64,000 nt of DNA from assembly GCF_018977255.1 (NCBI RefSeq), contig NW_024704812.1, positions 124,001 through 188,000 of the forward strand. The letters are read 5' to 3'. Of this stretch, positions 24,801-36,252 are shown in pieces. Each line of letters opens with the position of its first letter. The stretch's first letter is position 1. The translations under genes and the position numbers were made by a program. Source of the stretch: Callorhinchus milii (taxonomy: Eukaryota). The notes beneath the pieces are model-generated. The model saw only the letters and a program-made list of their open reading frames with translations. It was not told the origin of the DNA and did not search any database.

Positions 24801-27800
24801 CAGGCTGGAACAAGTAGGGATATACGTGGGCCAACTGCACTGTCCTGTTCAGCTCACGTTGATCTGGTTTTAACACCACAGCAAATATACTCACAAGTTA
24901 TCACCAGCTTCACTGGTTTGCTGCTGTCACTGTTCACCGGGTTACTGGCCGTGCAGATAAACCCTCCACTGTCGTTCCTGTGTACGGGGCTGATTGTCAG
25001 AGTGCTATTAGCTGCAGACAGTGTGTAACGTGGGGTTACAGGTAACGGGTGTCCACCCAGTGCCCAGGAATAGGTGGGGAACAATCCCATCGTTGTACAC
25101 CTCAATGTCGTTGTGTCTTTATTCTCGATAAATATCTCCTTGTCTGGACTCAGGCTGATGCTCACATTGGACAGCAGAGCTGTAAGATAAAGTGTTTCAT
25201 TTCATCCGGATTTACTTTACTTAACACAAAGCTGTTCTGCTTCAGTTCAAGATCCTGGTCCTCACCTTGAATGTCCTCTACAACCTCACTCCTCTCTCCT
25301 TACCTCCGCTCCCTCTGCTCAGCGGGCTCCGGCCTGCTTCATGCCCCCCGCCCACCTGCCCCACCATCAGCGGTTGGGCCTTCAGCCTCTCTGCCCCAAT
25401 CCACGACTGTTTGTGGGACACTGCTGTGTGCAATTGGCTGCAGAGTTTCGCCCACAAAATAGACCGGCAATTCACTTTACAGTATATCGTCCCAAAATAC
25501 ATCACTTTGCACTTCTCCACATTAAACTTCATCATGTCTGCCCATGTTACCAGTCTGTCTATGTCCTCTTGCAGTCTGTTACTCTCCTCCTCACTGTTTA
25601 CTACTTTTCTTAGCTTAGTATCATGTGTGTGGCTCCTGATCACACACTAAACTCTGTACCCCCATCATCCCAGTCCTGCCCAGGCTCCAAACTTGGCAAT
25701 TGTGCTCTCTATACCCAAGTCCAGGCCACCTTAAAGACCCATTTCAAGGCCTTCCTCTTCGACCGGCCATGCCTCCAGTCATCCTTCTATTCCAACCCTA
25801 CCCGCCCTCCACCCCTCCTTATCCCAACCCCCACCTCGAGTGCGGATCCCTGACTATCCAGTGCCTTGGGACGTCGTCCTGATATGAAAGCCACTGTTGT
25901 TGTTTACACCATGACATTTTTGACTGAGATAACTAACTCACTGTACACGAGGATTGAAACCTTCTCCGTGCGGCTAATCGTGGTGTAATCATTCTTCACA
26001 TTGCAAGTGTAATCCCCGCTGTTGTTGAACGTGAGGCTCTCTATAGGCAGCTGTGAGGTGTTGCCGGCAATGACTGTGGTGTTATGTTTCCACCTGTAGT
26101 TACACTCTGGGAAACATTTTGTCTGACAGTTGAGGGTCATCAAATCTTCCTCCTTCCCACAGTACTGTCCTGGGACCAAACTGTCACATATCACCTGCCC
26201 ACTCACAATAAAGGTGAGTGGATCAGGGCCATCTGAAAGAAAAAGCATTAAACTATGACATAGATAGATAAATGGATGGCAGATGATAGTGTGAGAGAAA
26301 CAGTCTTTTTACATGTATCACAGACCTCTGACTGTTTGTGGTTCGCTGCTGTGTGCAATTGGCTGCTGCGTTTTGCTCATAACATATACAGTCAATTCAC
26401 TTTACAGTATATTCTGTGAAGCGTTTCAGTCGTCCAGAAGATGTGAAAAGCGCTGTATCAAATGCAAGGATTATTATATTATTGATAGAGCAAAACGTCG
26501 GCCAAGTTTCCCTACTCCCAAACACACCGTCTGTTTACTGAGCAGTAATTAGGAACCCGGTTATTAGTCGATTGGTGAGAATCAAACCAAAGTCCTCTCA
26601 CTTGCGAGGTGAGGGCTCCAACCACTGCAGGACCCCACTGTTTGTTTCTCTATTCACAGCATCAAACCCCAATGTAGAATATTCCAGCATTGCATTGGCG
26701 CTTCAGTCTGGACTACATGAGTTCCAAGTACTAACGTGAGGCCACAACCTTCTGACTTATAGAGAGCTGAGCCAGGCTGGAACAAGTAGGGATATACGTG
26801 GGCCAACTGCACTGTCCTGTTCAGCTCACGTTGATCTGGTTTTAACACAACAGCAAATATACTCACAAGTTATCACCAGCTTCACTGGTTTACTGCTGTC
26901 ACTGCCCACCAGGTGACTGGCCGTGCAGATAAACCCTCCACTGTCGCTCCTGTGTACGGGGCTGATTGTCAGAGTGCTATTATCTGCAGACAGTGTGTAA
27001 CGTGGGGTTAGAGGTAACGGGTTTCCATCCAGTGCCCAGGAATAGGTGGGGAACGATCCCATCGCTGTACATCTTAGTGTCGCTGTATCTTTGTTCTCGA
27101 TAAATATCTCCTTGTCTGGACTCAGACTGATGCTCACATTGGACACCGGAGCTGTAAGATAACGCATTTCATTTCATTCAGAAACTTGTTCCAATTCACT
27201 TCACTGTCACAAACCTGTTCAGAGTCACTTTGCTGAACCCTACACTTTATTTCTGACGCTGTTTGTTATGATTCACTGTTTATTCAGGTCTCAGTCTGGC
27301 TCATTTGGTAGCACAATTTTATGGTTTAAAGTCACACTCTGGGAGCTCACAGTCCAGGTTTATTGGCTTAATGAATGAGATGAAATGGGCCCTTTACTGC
27401 AGTCTATCAGGAAGGCAGAGCAAGTGTGTCTCTGCTCCTCTCTCTCTCCTCCTCTCTCCCCACCACCCACTCCCCAACCCCACTCTCTCATTCCCTCTCT
27501 CCCCTCTCACTCTTCCCGACCTTGCCCTCTCTTTCCCACTCTCTCCCCCTTCTATTTCCCCCTCTCCCTCCCCCTTCTCTCCCCCCCCTCCTCTCTCCCC
27601 TCTCCCTTCCCCTCTCTCCCCCTTATCTTTCATGCCTCCCTCTCTTCTCCCTCTCTCTCTCTCTCCCCTCTCTCTCTCCCAATCACTCTCTCCCAATCAG
27701 CAGTGGTAGGAGCCCAAGGACACAGTTGGTAAGAGACTCATTTGCCTTCCTGACAGACTGCAGTAAGGGCTCTGCTCGCTGGATTCTCCCAAACGCCGGC

Positions 27801-29812
27801 TCCTGCCACTGCCCTGTGAGGACATTCACCAGGGAGGGAGGGAGGGGTGGGGGAGAGGAAGTTGGAACATTGCAAATGGCCGCCAGCCGCACAAAATCAC
27901 CAACGGGCAGCTGACAGCCCACGTACCGCCTCTTGGACCACAATGAGCTGAATGAATGAAATGAAATCGGTCCGGGGGGCCGGATGTGGCCCACGGGCCG
28001 CCAGTTGACCTTCCTGCTCTAACTAATACCCTACAGGACTCCACAGGGCTTCCGATCACAAGCACTAAATTCCGTACCCCCATCAACCTCGCCCTCCATT
28101 GGTAGATGGACCTTCAGGTGCTACGCCCCAAAACTCTGTCACTCTCTCCCGCAATCCCTCCGTCTCACCCTCTCGTTCCCCACCTCCAAATTCTATTTAA
28201 TGACCTTCCTTTTTGATTGTGTTTACCGTCACCTCCCCCCTCCCTCTCCCACCGGCTCGGGGTCAGATTCTGCCCCTGTTAAGCGCTCCCGGACGCTACC
28301 CCACGTGAGGGATGTGGTGTAAATGCAAGTTGTTGTTGTTTACTCACTGTGAACACGCAGTTGTAAAGCTGCTGTGGCTGTTCCGTGGCTTAATTCAAAC
28401 ACAATCACTGAGTACGAACCGGAATCAGCCGGAGTCACTGTGTCCAGACGTAGAGTGGCATTGTTGGGGTAAAGCTCAGCCCGACCCTGGTAGTCTCCAA
28501 AGTACTTCACTGCTGTTCCCTGTGCTGATGCGATTGTGGAGCTGGTGTTGACTGTCCATGTTATAGTAAAACTTCCCTGTTCACTGGGCATTACCAGGAA
28601 GTACACAGATTGTCCGGCTGTGGCTTCTATGTGACTCTCAGTGACGGTCAGACTGAAAGCTCCCACCTGCTCTGTAACACATAACACACACAACAGTCAA
28701 TCAATCACACTGTAATAATAATATTAATAATAATCCTGTAGCTCAATGGTTCGAGCACTCGCCTCACAAGCGAGAGGACCCGGGTTTGATCCCCGGGCGG
28801 AAGGGCGAAATGTTGGGCAGTTTCCTTACTTCACACACACACCTCTGTTTTCATCGCAGTAAGTAGGAACCCGGTTGTTAACCGATTAGAGGCTTTTTCG
28901 GGATAACAATTCCTTCAAAGAAATAATAAATTGATGACTCAAATCATGACTGTTCGTGGGCACTACAGTGCACACTGTATAAATGAATAATTATTAATAT
29001 TATATTAATAGTCCTTGCATTTGATCACGTCTTATCACGTCTTTGAGACGTCTGAAAGCGCTTCACGGGGTGTACTGTAAAGTGAATTATTGTATATTTT
29101 GTGGGTGAACCCTTTCAGCCAATTGTACACAATAGCGACCCACACAGAGCTGTGGATTGAGTGACCAATTTTTTTATTTTGAAGGAATTATTATCCCCAG
29201 AGAAGCGATCCGCCAACCGACCAACAAGTGGTTCGTACTTATTGTTCGGTAAATAGAGGCGCGTGTGTGTGGAGTAAGGAAACTTGCCCAACCTCTCGCC
29301 CTGTGCCGCCCGGGAATCAAACCCAGGACTCTCACTTTCGAGGCGAGTGCTCCAACCACTGAGCTACAGGACTCCACAATTCAGAACAATTCTGTGGAAA
29401 CACCGCCTCAGTGAGAGAGTGGGAAACGGGATCCCGAAGGAGACAGACGGCGGAAGCAGAAAATGTCATTTATTTCAAGATCAAATTGGATAGATTTCTG
29501 CAAGAAAATAATATCTCAGGATACAGTATATACACACACAGACACACAGACATAGACACAGAGAAAGGAGACACACAGACTCACACACACCAAGACACAG
29601 AGAGAGACAGAGACACACACACAGACAGAGAGACACACACACACACACACACACGTATATAGTTTGGGACACGATATGTGTAGCGACTGCCAGGATGGTG
29701 GGGGATGAACAAGATGGACCTTTGCTTATGTTGTTACCAGTAACTCACCCAAATTAGTGACCAGAATGAGCAGAGCAGCCACCAACATCCTCGCGGCTGG
29801 AAACCACCACAT
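18828..29812 (-). CDS. Copy B: CEACAM/VSIG10L-like ITAM receptor, 7 Ig domains; 3' exons frameshifted as assembled
   Basis: Intact exons: leader 29812-29749; V 28671-28348; A1 27151-26867; B1 26232-25942; A2 25179-24895; B2 22992-22702; cyt2 19609-19565. One base short: C 22170-21932; D 21589-21276; TM 20790-20693; cyt1 19987-19933. cyt3 18890-18828 has +1/-1. Confidence 0.8.
24113..24420 (+). mobile_element. tRNA-derived SINE, near full length with internal deletion (also about 39141-39450 and 54334-54640)
   Basis: GGAGTCCTGTTGCTCAGTGG head through to the ...GCGGCATCAAATG-AT-rich tail. Confidence 0.8.
25495..25640 (-). mobile_element. CR1 reverse-transcriptase fragment (also about 40525-40670, 55710-55850)
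   Basis: DTKLRKVVNSEEESNRLQEDIDRLVTWADMMKFNVEKCKVMYFG, the region just after the CR1 YADD motif. Confidence 0.85.
28735..28985 (+). mobile_element. tRNA-derived SINE (DeuSINE/SINE2-like), head and body
   Basis: Head TAGCTCAATGGTTCGAGCACTCGCCTCACAAGCGAGAGGACCCGGGTTTGATCCCCGGGCGG with Pol III A/B boxes, followed by the family body. Dozens of copies in the window. Confidence 0.85.
29000..29376 (-). mobile_element. tRNA-derived SINE (homologues about 43950-44327, 59130-59493)
   Basis: Reverse-oriented family copy in the leader-V intron of B, C and D. Confidence 0.8.
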
Positions 29813-29943
29813 ATACACGTTAGGGAGAGAGAAACAGAGACAAACTAAATATGGGCTGTCACCTGAACGCAGGGCAGAGTCTGCTGTTAATCATTACTGT
29901 TACTGTGGAGAGACCCTGACACTGGCTCTAATGGCACCCGGTG

Positions 29944-30003
29944 CACTTTCACTTTGTCAGGAATTAATATGTTAATTTATGAGATGAATAGTTTTACTTC
30001 CTG
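29944..30003 (-). promoter_or_regulatory. Putative IRF-E/ETS promoter of copy B
   Basis: cactttcacttt at 29944-29955; acttcctg near 29996-30003. Confidence 0.5.
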
Positions 30004-32472
30004 TAAGACACACTTTACGCCCTCACTATTTTTAATATTATTATAATAATAGTCCTTGCGTTTGACGCAGCGCCTTATCACGTTTTTGAGATGTCTCAAA
30101 GCACTTCACAGAATACACTGTGAATTGTAGTGACTGTGTGTTTGGTGCGCGATACGCGGCAGCTAATTGCGCACAGCAACGTTCCACAAACTATATGACC
30201 CAATAGTTAACTTTTCTTTTAATAATCCTGCATTTGATACGGTGCCTTATCACATCTTCGAGATGCCTCAAAGCGCTTCATAGGATACGCTGTAAAGTGG
30301 AGTGACTGTGTGTTTTGGCGGCTGAAACATGGCAGCCAATTGCACACAGTGACGTCTCCACAAACAGTTGTGGATTGAGTGACCACATTATTGTTATTTT
30401 TTGAAGTTATTATTACCCCCAGAAACGCATTCCGCCAATCGACTGACGACCGGGTTCCTCCTGACTGCTGGTAAACAGGGGTGTGAGTAAAAAGTGTGTG
30501 TGTGTGTGGGGTAAGGAAACTTGCTTAAGGTTTTGCCCTGACACACCTGGGAATCGAACCCAGATCCGTTCGCTTGCGAGGCGAGCGCTCTAACCCCTGA
30601 GCTACAGGGACTCCACAAGATACTCACTGAGACACAAGTTTAGTGTGTGTTTTGTGATGTGTTCAGTGACTGTTTAGGGATGTGTTCAGGGTCATGTTTC
30701 GTTACCCCATCACCCCCATCTTCGTTCGGCTCCACTGGCTCCCCATCACTGAGAGAGTACAGTTCAAGCTCCTGGTCCTCACCTTCGAAGCACTCCATGG
30801 CCTCACTCCCCCCCACCTCTGTGAACTCCTAACTAAGCCCCTACCAACCTGTCCACTCTCTCCACTCAGTAGGCTCCGGCCGGCTTCACATCTCCCACCG
30901 ATTGGCTGTCGGGCCTTCAGCCTCTCCACCCCCTCCATCGCCTCCTTCAAGGCCAGTTTCAAGATCTTCCTCTTCGACCATCACACCTTTGGTCACCGTC
31001 CTACCTTCCCCCTCCCCGTCCTCTACCCTTCCTGATCCCAACCCCCATCCTGGGTATAAACCTCTGACTGTCCAGCGCCTTGGGACGTCCTCCTGACATG
31101 AACATAATAATCATTGCATTTGATATCGAGCCTTATCACGTTGTCGAGACATCTCATTCATAGAACACACTGTAGAGTGGAGTGACTGTGTATTTTGTAG
31201 CCAAAACACGGCAACCAATTATCATGTCATTGAAGTGGGGAGACGAGGGGACATTTACGCAGCGATTTGTTACGGTCTGGAACGCACTGCCGGAAAGGGA
31301 ATTGGACAGGGACTTGAAAAGGAAAAATATGCAGAGATACGTGGTAGGAGCGGGGGAGTGGGACTGATTGGGCAGCTCTTTCAAAGAACCGGCACAGACA
31401 CGATGGGCTGAATGGCTTCCGCCTGTGCTGTAAGATTCTGTGATTCCATAATAATAATAATAATAATCATTTGATATAGCGCCTTAACACGTCGAGATCT
31501 CAGAGCTCTTCACAGAATATACTGTGAAGTGAATTGACTGTATATTTGTGGGCGAAACGCGGCAGACAATTGCGCACAGCAGTGTCCTACAAACAGTCGT
31601 GGATCGAAGCAGCCAATATATTATTTTTTTGTAAGGATTATTACCCCCAGAAAAGTAATCCACAAGTCGACTAACAACCGTATTCTTACTTACTGCAGTG
31701 TAAACAGAGGCGTGTGCGTGTGAAATAAGGACATTATGCCCCGACCCGCCCAGGAATCAAACAAAGGTCCTCTCGCTTGTGAGGCGAGTGCTGTAACCAC
31801 TGAGCTGCAGGACTCCAACGATAAAACCCCTGACAGGTAAACCACCCGGAGCTCAGTGAGCTGTGAGTTAGGAATGTCTGGAGTTAATCGCTGTACAGAT
31901 CAAAGGTTTCAGTTGGTTTGAAGCACTAATTTCATGTGGAAGTGAAAGCCATTGTAAGATTAGCTCACTCATAAAGCTGGCTCGTGGCCTCAGATTCCTG
32001 TACCTTGTCCTGTACCAGCTGAGTGGGATAATAATGGTAATAACAACAATAATAATAATAATAATAATCCTTGCATTTGATATACGCTTTTCACGTCTTC
32101 TAGACGTCTCAAAGCGCTTCACAGAATAGTGAATTGACTACATTTGTAGGTGAAACACAGCAGCCAATTGTACACAGCAGTGTCCCACAAACAGTCGTGG
32201 ATTGGAATGACCAATTTATTATTGTTTTTTTTGAGGGATTATTATCAGGGTGTGGAGTAAGGAAACTTGTCCAAGGCCTCGCCCGGCCAGGAATCGAACT
32301 CAGGTCTCTCACTAATAATAATAGTAATAATAGTAATTCTTGCAAAAAAGACAAATTGGTCACTTCAATCCGCAACTGTTTGTGGGGCACCTCTGTGCAC
32401 GTGCAATTAATTGGCTGCTGACTAACAAGCGAGGTCCTACTTACTGCTTGGTAAACAGAGGCAAACGCGTGT

Positions 32473-32602
32473 NNNNNNNNNNNNNNNNNNNNNNNNNNNN
32501 NNNNNNNNNNNNNNNNNNNNNNNNNNNNNNNNNNNNNNNNNNNNNNNNNNNNNNNNNNNNNNNNNNNNNNNNNNNNNNNNNNNNNNNNNNNNNNNNNNNN
32601 NN
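32473..32602. other. Assembly gap (130 N)
   Basis: N run. Confidence 0.99.
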
Positions 32603-33085
32603 CTACGTTTCACCCTGAATACTGAACTCCTGGTAAATAACATTAACTTCTCAGTGAGCCGATAAGTCACAACAACAACAACTTGTATTTACACAGCGCC
32701 CTTTATGAGGGTAGCGTCTCGGAGTGGTGGAGCCTGACGCAGAGCCAGTTGGAGGGGAGAGACAGGCAGAAGGTGACCGTGAGCATGGTCAAAGAGAAAG
32801 ATTTTCAGTCTTGATCTAAAAGAGGGGGAAGGATAGGAGAGGGGAGGAAAGGGGGAAAGGCGGAGGGATCGGTGGAGAGAGCTCCAAAGTCTGACAATAC
32901 GACCCCCATGATGGATCAGAGTGCACGAGGGACACGCAGGAGGCCGGAGACAGCCGAGAGGAGGCAGTGGGTAGTGGGTTGGGGGGGTCAGCAGGTCGGA
33001 GAGAGAGGTAGGGAGGTGCCAGAGCCTGAAGAGATTTGTAGATGATTGAAAGGATCTTGAAATCGATCTACGTTGTCACAGCTAT

Positions 33086-34967
33086 CTACTTCCTGGTGCC
33101 ATTACGACGTAAATTGTGATAAATATCTTTTTGGTGCTTTCCAAGGTCCTGAAACACAATGCAGATCGGACAGACCATTACTAACAACATTTTACACTGA
33201 ACCTTTCACATCAGGAGGACGTCCCAAGGACCTGGACAGTCAGGGATTTGGATCTGAGCTGTGGGTTGGGATCAGGACGGGGTGGATGGTGGCGAGGTAG
33301 GGGTTAGGAAGGTGACCAGGTTGAAGAGGAAAGTCTTGTGACAGGCCTTGAAGGAGGTGAGGGAGTGATGGGGTGGGATGGAGGGACTGTGGGATGGAGT
33401 TCCAGAGGGTGGGGCAGAGTAACTGAAGGCCCAACCGATGGTGGGGCAGGTGAGGCGGGGGATGTGAAGCAGGCCGGAGCCCGCTGAGCAGAGAGAGCGG
33501 ACAGGTTGTTAGGGGGTATGGGGAGCTGCAGAGTTAGTTCTGGATGATCTGCAGTTTGTAGAGGGAGGCGTTGGGGAGGCCGACAAGCAGGGAGGGGGCA
33601 AAGTCAAGCCTGTTTGTGGTGAACACATGGATGAGGGCCTCGGTGGCCTGCGGTGAGAGACAGTGGCGAAGCCGGGCAATATGGCGGAGGTGGGGAAGGC
33701 ATATCAGGTCATGGCACGGATGAGGGGATGAAGGACAGTTTAGGGTCGTAAAGGACAGAGTTGGGACAGCAAGAGACTGAGCCGGGCTGACACACTGTCC
33801 GTGTCAGCCATTTGTTTCCTCACCATGTAAGGGCCTGAATCCTTCTGGGAGACATTGGCAGAGGAAGCCTAAAATATAACCAAACACAGTTTAGCTATTC
33901 ATTAGCAATGTCGTTAGCAGTAAATAATAATAACCATTGCATTTCATACAGTGCCTTATCACGTCTTCATAACATCTCAAAGCGCTTCACAGGATACAAC
34001 AACAACAACAACAAGATTCCATTTATAAAGCGCCTTTCACGTCAGGAGGACGTCCCAAGCGCTGCACAGTTGGGTCATGACCCGAGCAGGGGGGAAATGG
34101 TCAGGGTAAGGGGAGGGAAGGGAGGGAGCGAGGAGGGGGAAGAGAGTCGAGAGGGGAGCTGAAGGCTCGGTCAAAGAGAAAGGTTTTGAGACCGGCCTTG
34201 AAGGAGGAAAGGGAGGAAGCGGCGAAGGCACTGGGGGATAGAGTTCCAGAGCCTGGGGGCTGAGAGGCTGAAGGCCCGACCACCGATGGTAGGGCGATTG
34301 GGGCGGGGGACGTGGAGCAGACCGGAGCCAGAGGAACGGAGGGTACGGGCAGGTAGGTAGGGGGATAGTAGGTCGGAGAGGTAGGAGGGAGCGAGGCCGT
34401 GAATGGCCTTGTAGGTGAGGATGAGGATCTTGAAATCTTGATACACGGTAAAGAGTAGTGACTGTGTGGTTTCAAAAATAATAATAATCGTTGCATTTGA
34501 TACAGTGCCTTATCACGTCTTTGAGTCGTATCAAAGGGGAGTCAATTGCCTAAGGTTTTGCCCTGTCCGGGAAACAAAACCGGATCCTCTCGCTTGAGAG
34601 GCGAGGGCTCTAACCACTGAGCGACAGGACTGCACAGCACTTACTCTGACATCAATGGTCTCGTAGTATGGTTCACCCTCTGTCTCTTGCTGTGTTTTGG
34701 CTGGAAAATAAACAACAACTTGTTTATTCAAAGGCACAGCCTCTGATGGTGGGATGGAGGGAACGAGGGACAAATAGGAGGCCGGTGTGGGGGCGGTGGG
34801 GGGTGAGCAGGTCGGAGAGGTAGGGAGGTGCCAGGGCATGAAGGGGTTTGAAAACGAGTGAGAGGATCTTGAAATCGTAGAAAATCTTGAAAATATACAA
34901 GAGTTTGTACATTTGCTGAACCGGTGAACTTGGAGAGAAACGGAGAAGGAGGCACTGATAGAGAGAC

Positions 34968-34998
<31 letters not shown>

Positions 34999-36214
34999 TT
35001 GGTAGTGAGAGATAGGGTTAAAGCCTGACAGAAAGACAAAGAGGGAGCGATTGAAAGAGAGAGGGGGAGATGGATGGATAGAGACTGATAGAGAGTGAGA
35101 TGGAGGGTGATAGAGAGACAGGGGTAGAGGCTGATAGAAAGGAGAGGGTGAAATGGAGTGGGAGAGACTGATAGAGAGAGAGAGAAAGATGGAGGGGGAG
35201 AGACTGATGGAGGAAGAGTGAGACGGAGAGGGTAGAGACTGATTGAGTTTGTGATGGAGGTGGATAGAGACTAATAGAGGGAGTGTGAGACAGAGGGGAA
35301 GAGACTGACAGAGTGAGATAAAGAGGGAGAGACTGAAAGTGAGAGAGAGTGAGACGGAGGAGGAGTGATTGATAGCGAGAGGGGGAGATGGATGGATAGA
35401 GACTGACAGAGAGTGAGATGGAGGGTGATAGAGAGAGAGGGGTAGAAACTGATAGAAAAGAGTGGGTGAAATGGAGAGGGAGAGACTGAGAGTGATGGAG
35501 GGTGACAGAGAGAAGGGGTAGAGACTGATAGAAAAGAGAGGGTGAAATGGAGGGGGAGAGGCTGATAGAGAGAGAGAGACAAAGTGGGAGAGACTGATAG
35601 TGAAAGAGAGTGAGATGGAGGGGCTAGAGACAGATAGAGAGAGACGGAGGGGTAGAGACTGGCAGAGAGAGAGGACAGTGAGAGGGTGAGTGGCTGAGGG
35701 GGTCTGGACTGGTATATAAACAACAGAACATGAAGGTGAAAGGTTTTCCTGTGTATATACGGCCTCACCTTCCTTACGTTTCCTGTAAACGTACACCACA
35801 GCGAGTGTTGCAATGACCACCACAGCCACAGCCCCCACTATTGTCCCCACTATCAGGGCCACATTCACTGCGGAGAGAAACACCTTCACTGTCTCTCTAT
35901 TAGATTATACTCTCGTAACATAGAGACCACAGCACAGACCTCATGTAAATCATAGCAATCCTCGCATTTGATACAGCGCCTTATCACGTTGTTGTAAAGT
36001 GTAGTAACTGTGTATTTTGTGGGCGGAACACAGCAGCCAATTGCGCACAGCGGTGACCCACAAACAGTCGTGGATTGATTGACCAGATTTTTTGTTTTTT
36101 TGGAGGGATTATGACCCCCAGAAAGTGAACCGTCAATTGACTAACAGCGGGTTCCTACCTACTGCTGATAAACAGAGGTGCACATCTGTGTGTGTATGTG
36201 TGTCTATGTGTGTC

Positions 36215-36252
<38 letters not shown>

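Noticed and set aside
28735-28810. tRNA genes (many TAGCTCAGTGG...GGTTCGAT matches)
   Set aside because: They are SINE heads: no acceptor-stem closure or oligo-T terminator, and each continues into the SINE body.
34171-34446. LINE peptide ORFs as host genes
   Set aside because: Truncated L2/CR1 RT C-terminal remnants with LINE 3' tails.
34903-34930. Possible 18-nt phase 1-1 micro-exon in the TM-cyt1 intron (ccaag|TTCACCGGTTCAGCAAAT|gtacaa)
   Set aside because: Weak donor, and the donor is absent in copy B; TM and cyt1 already join in frame.
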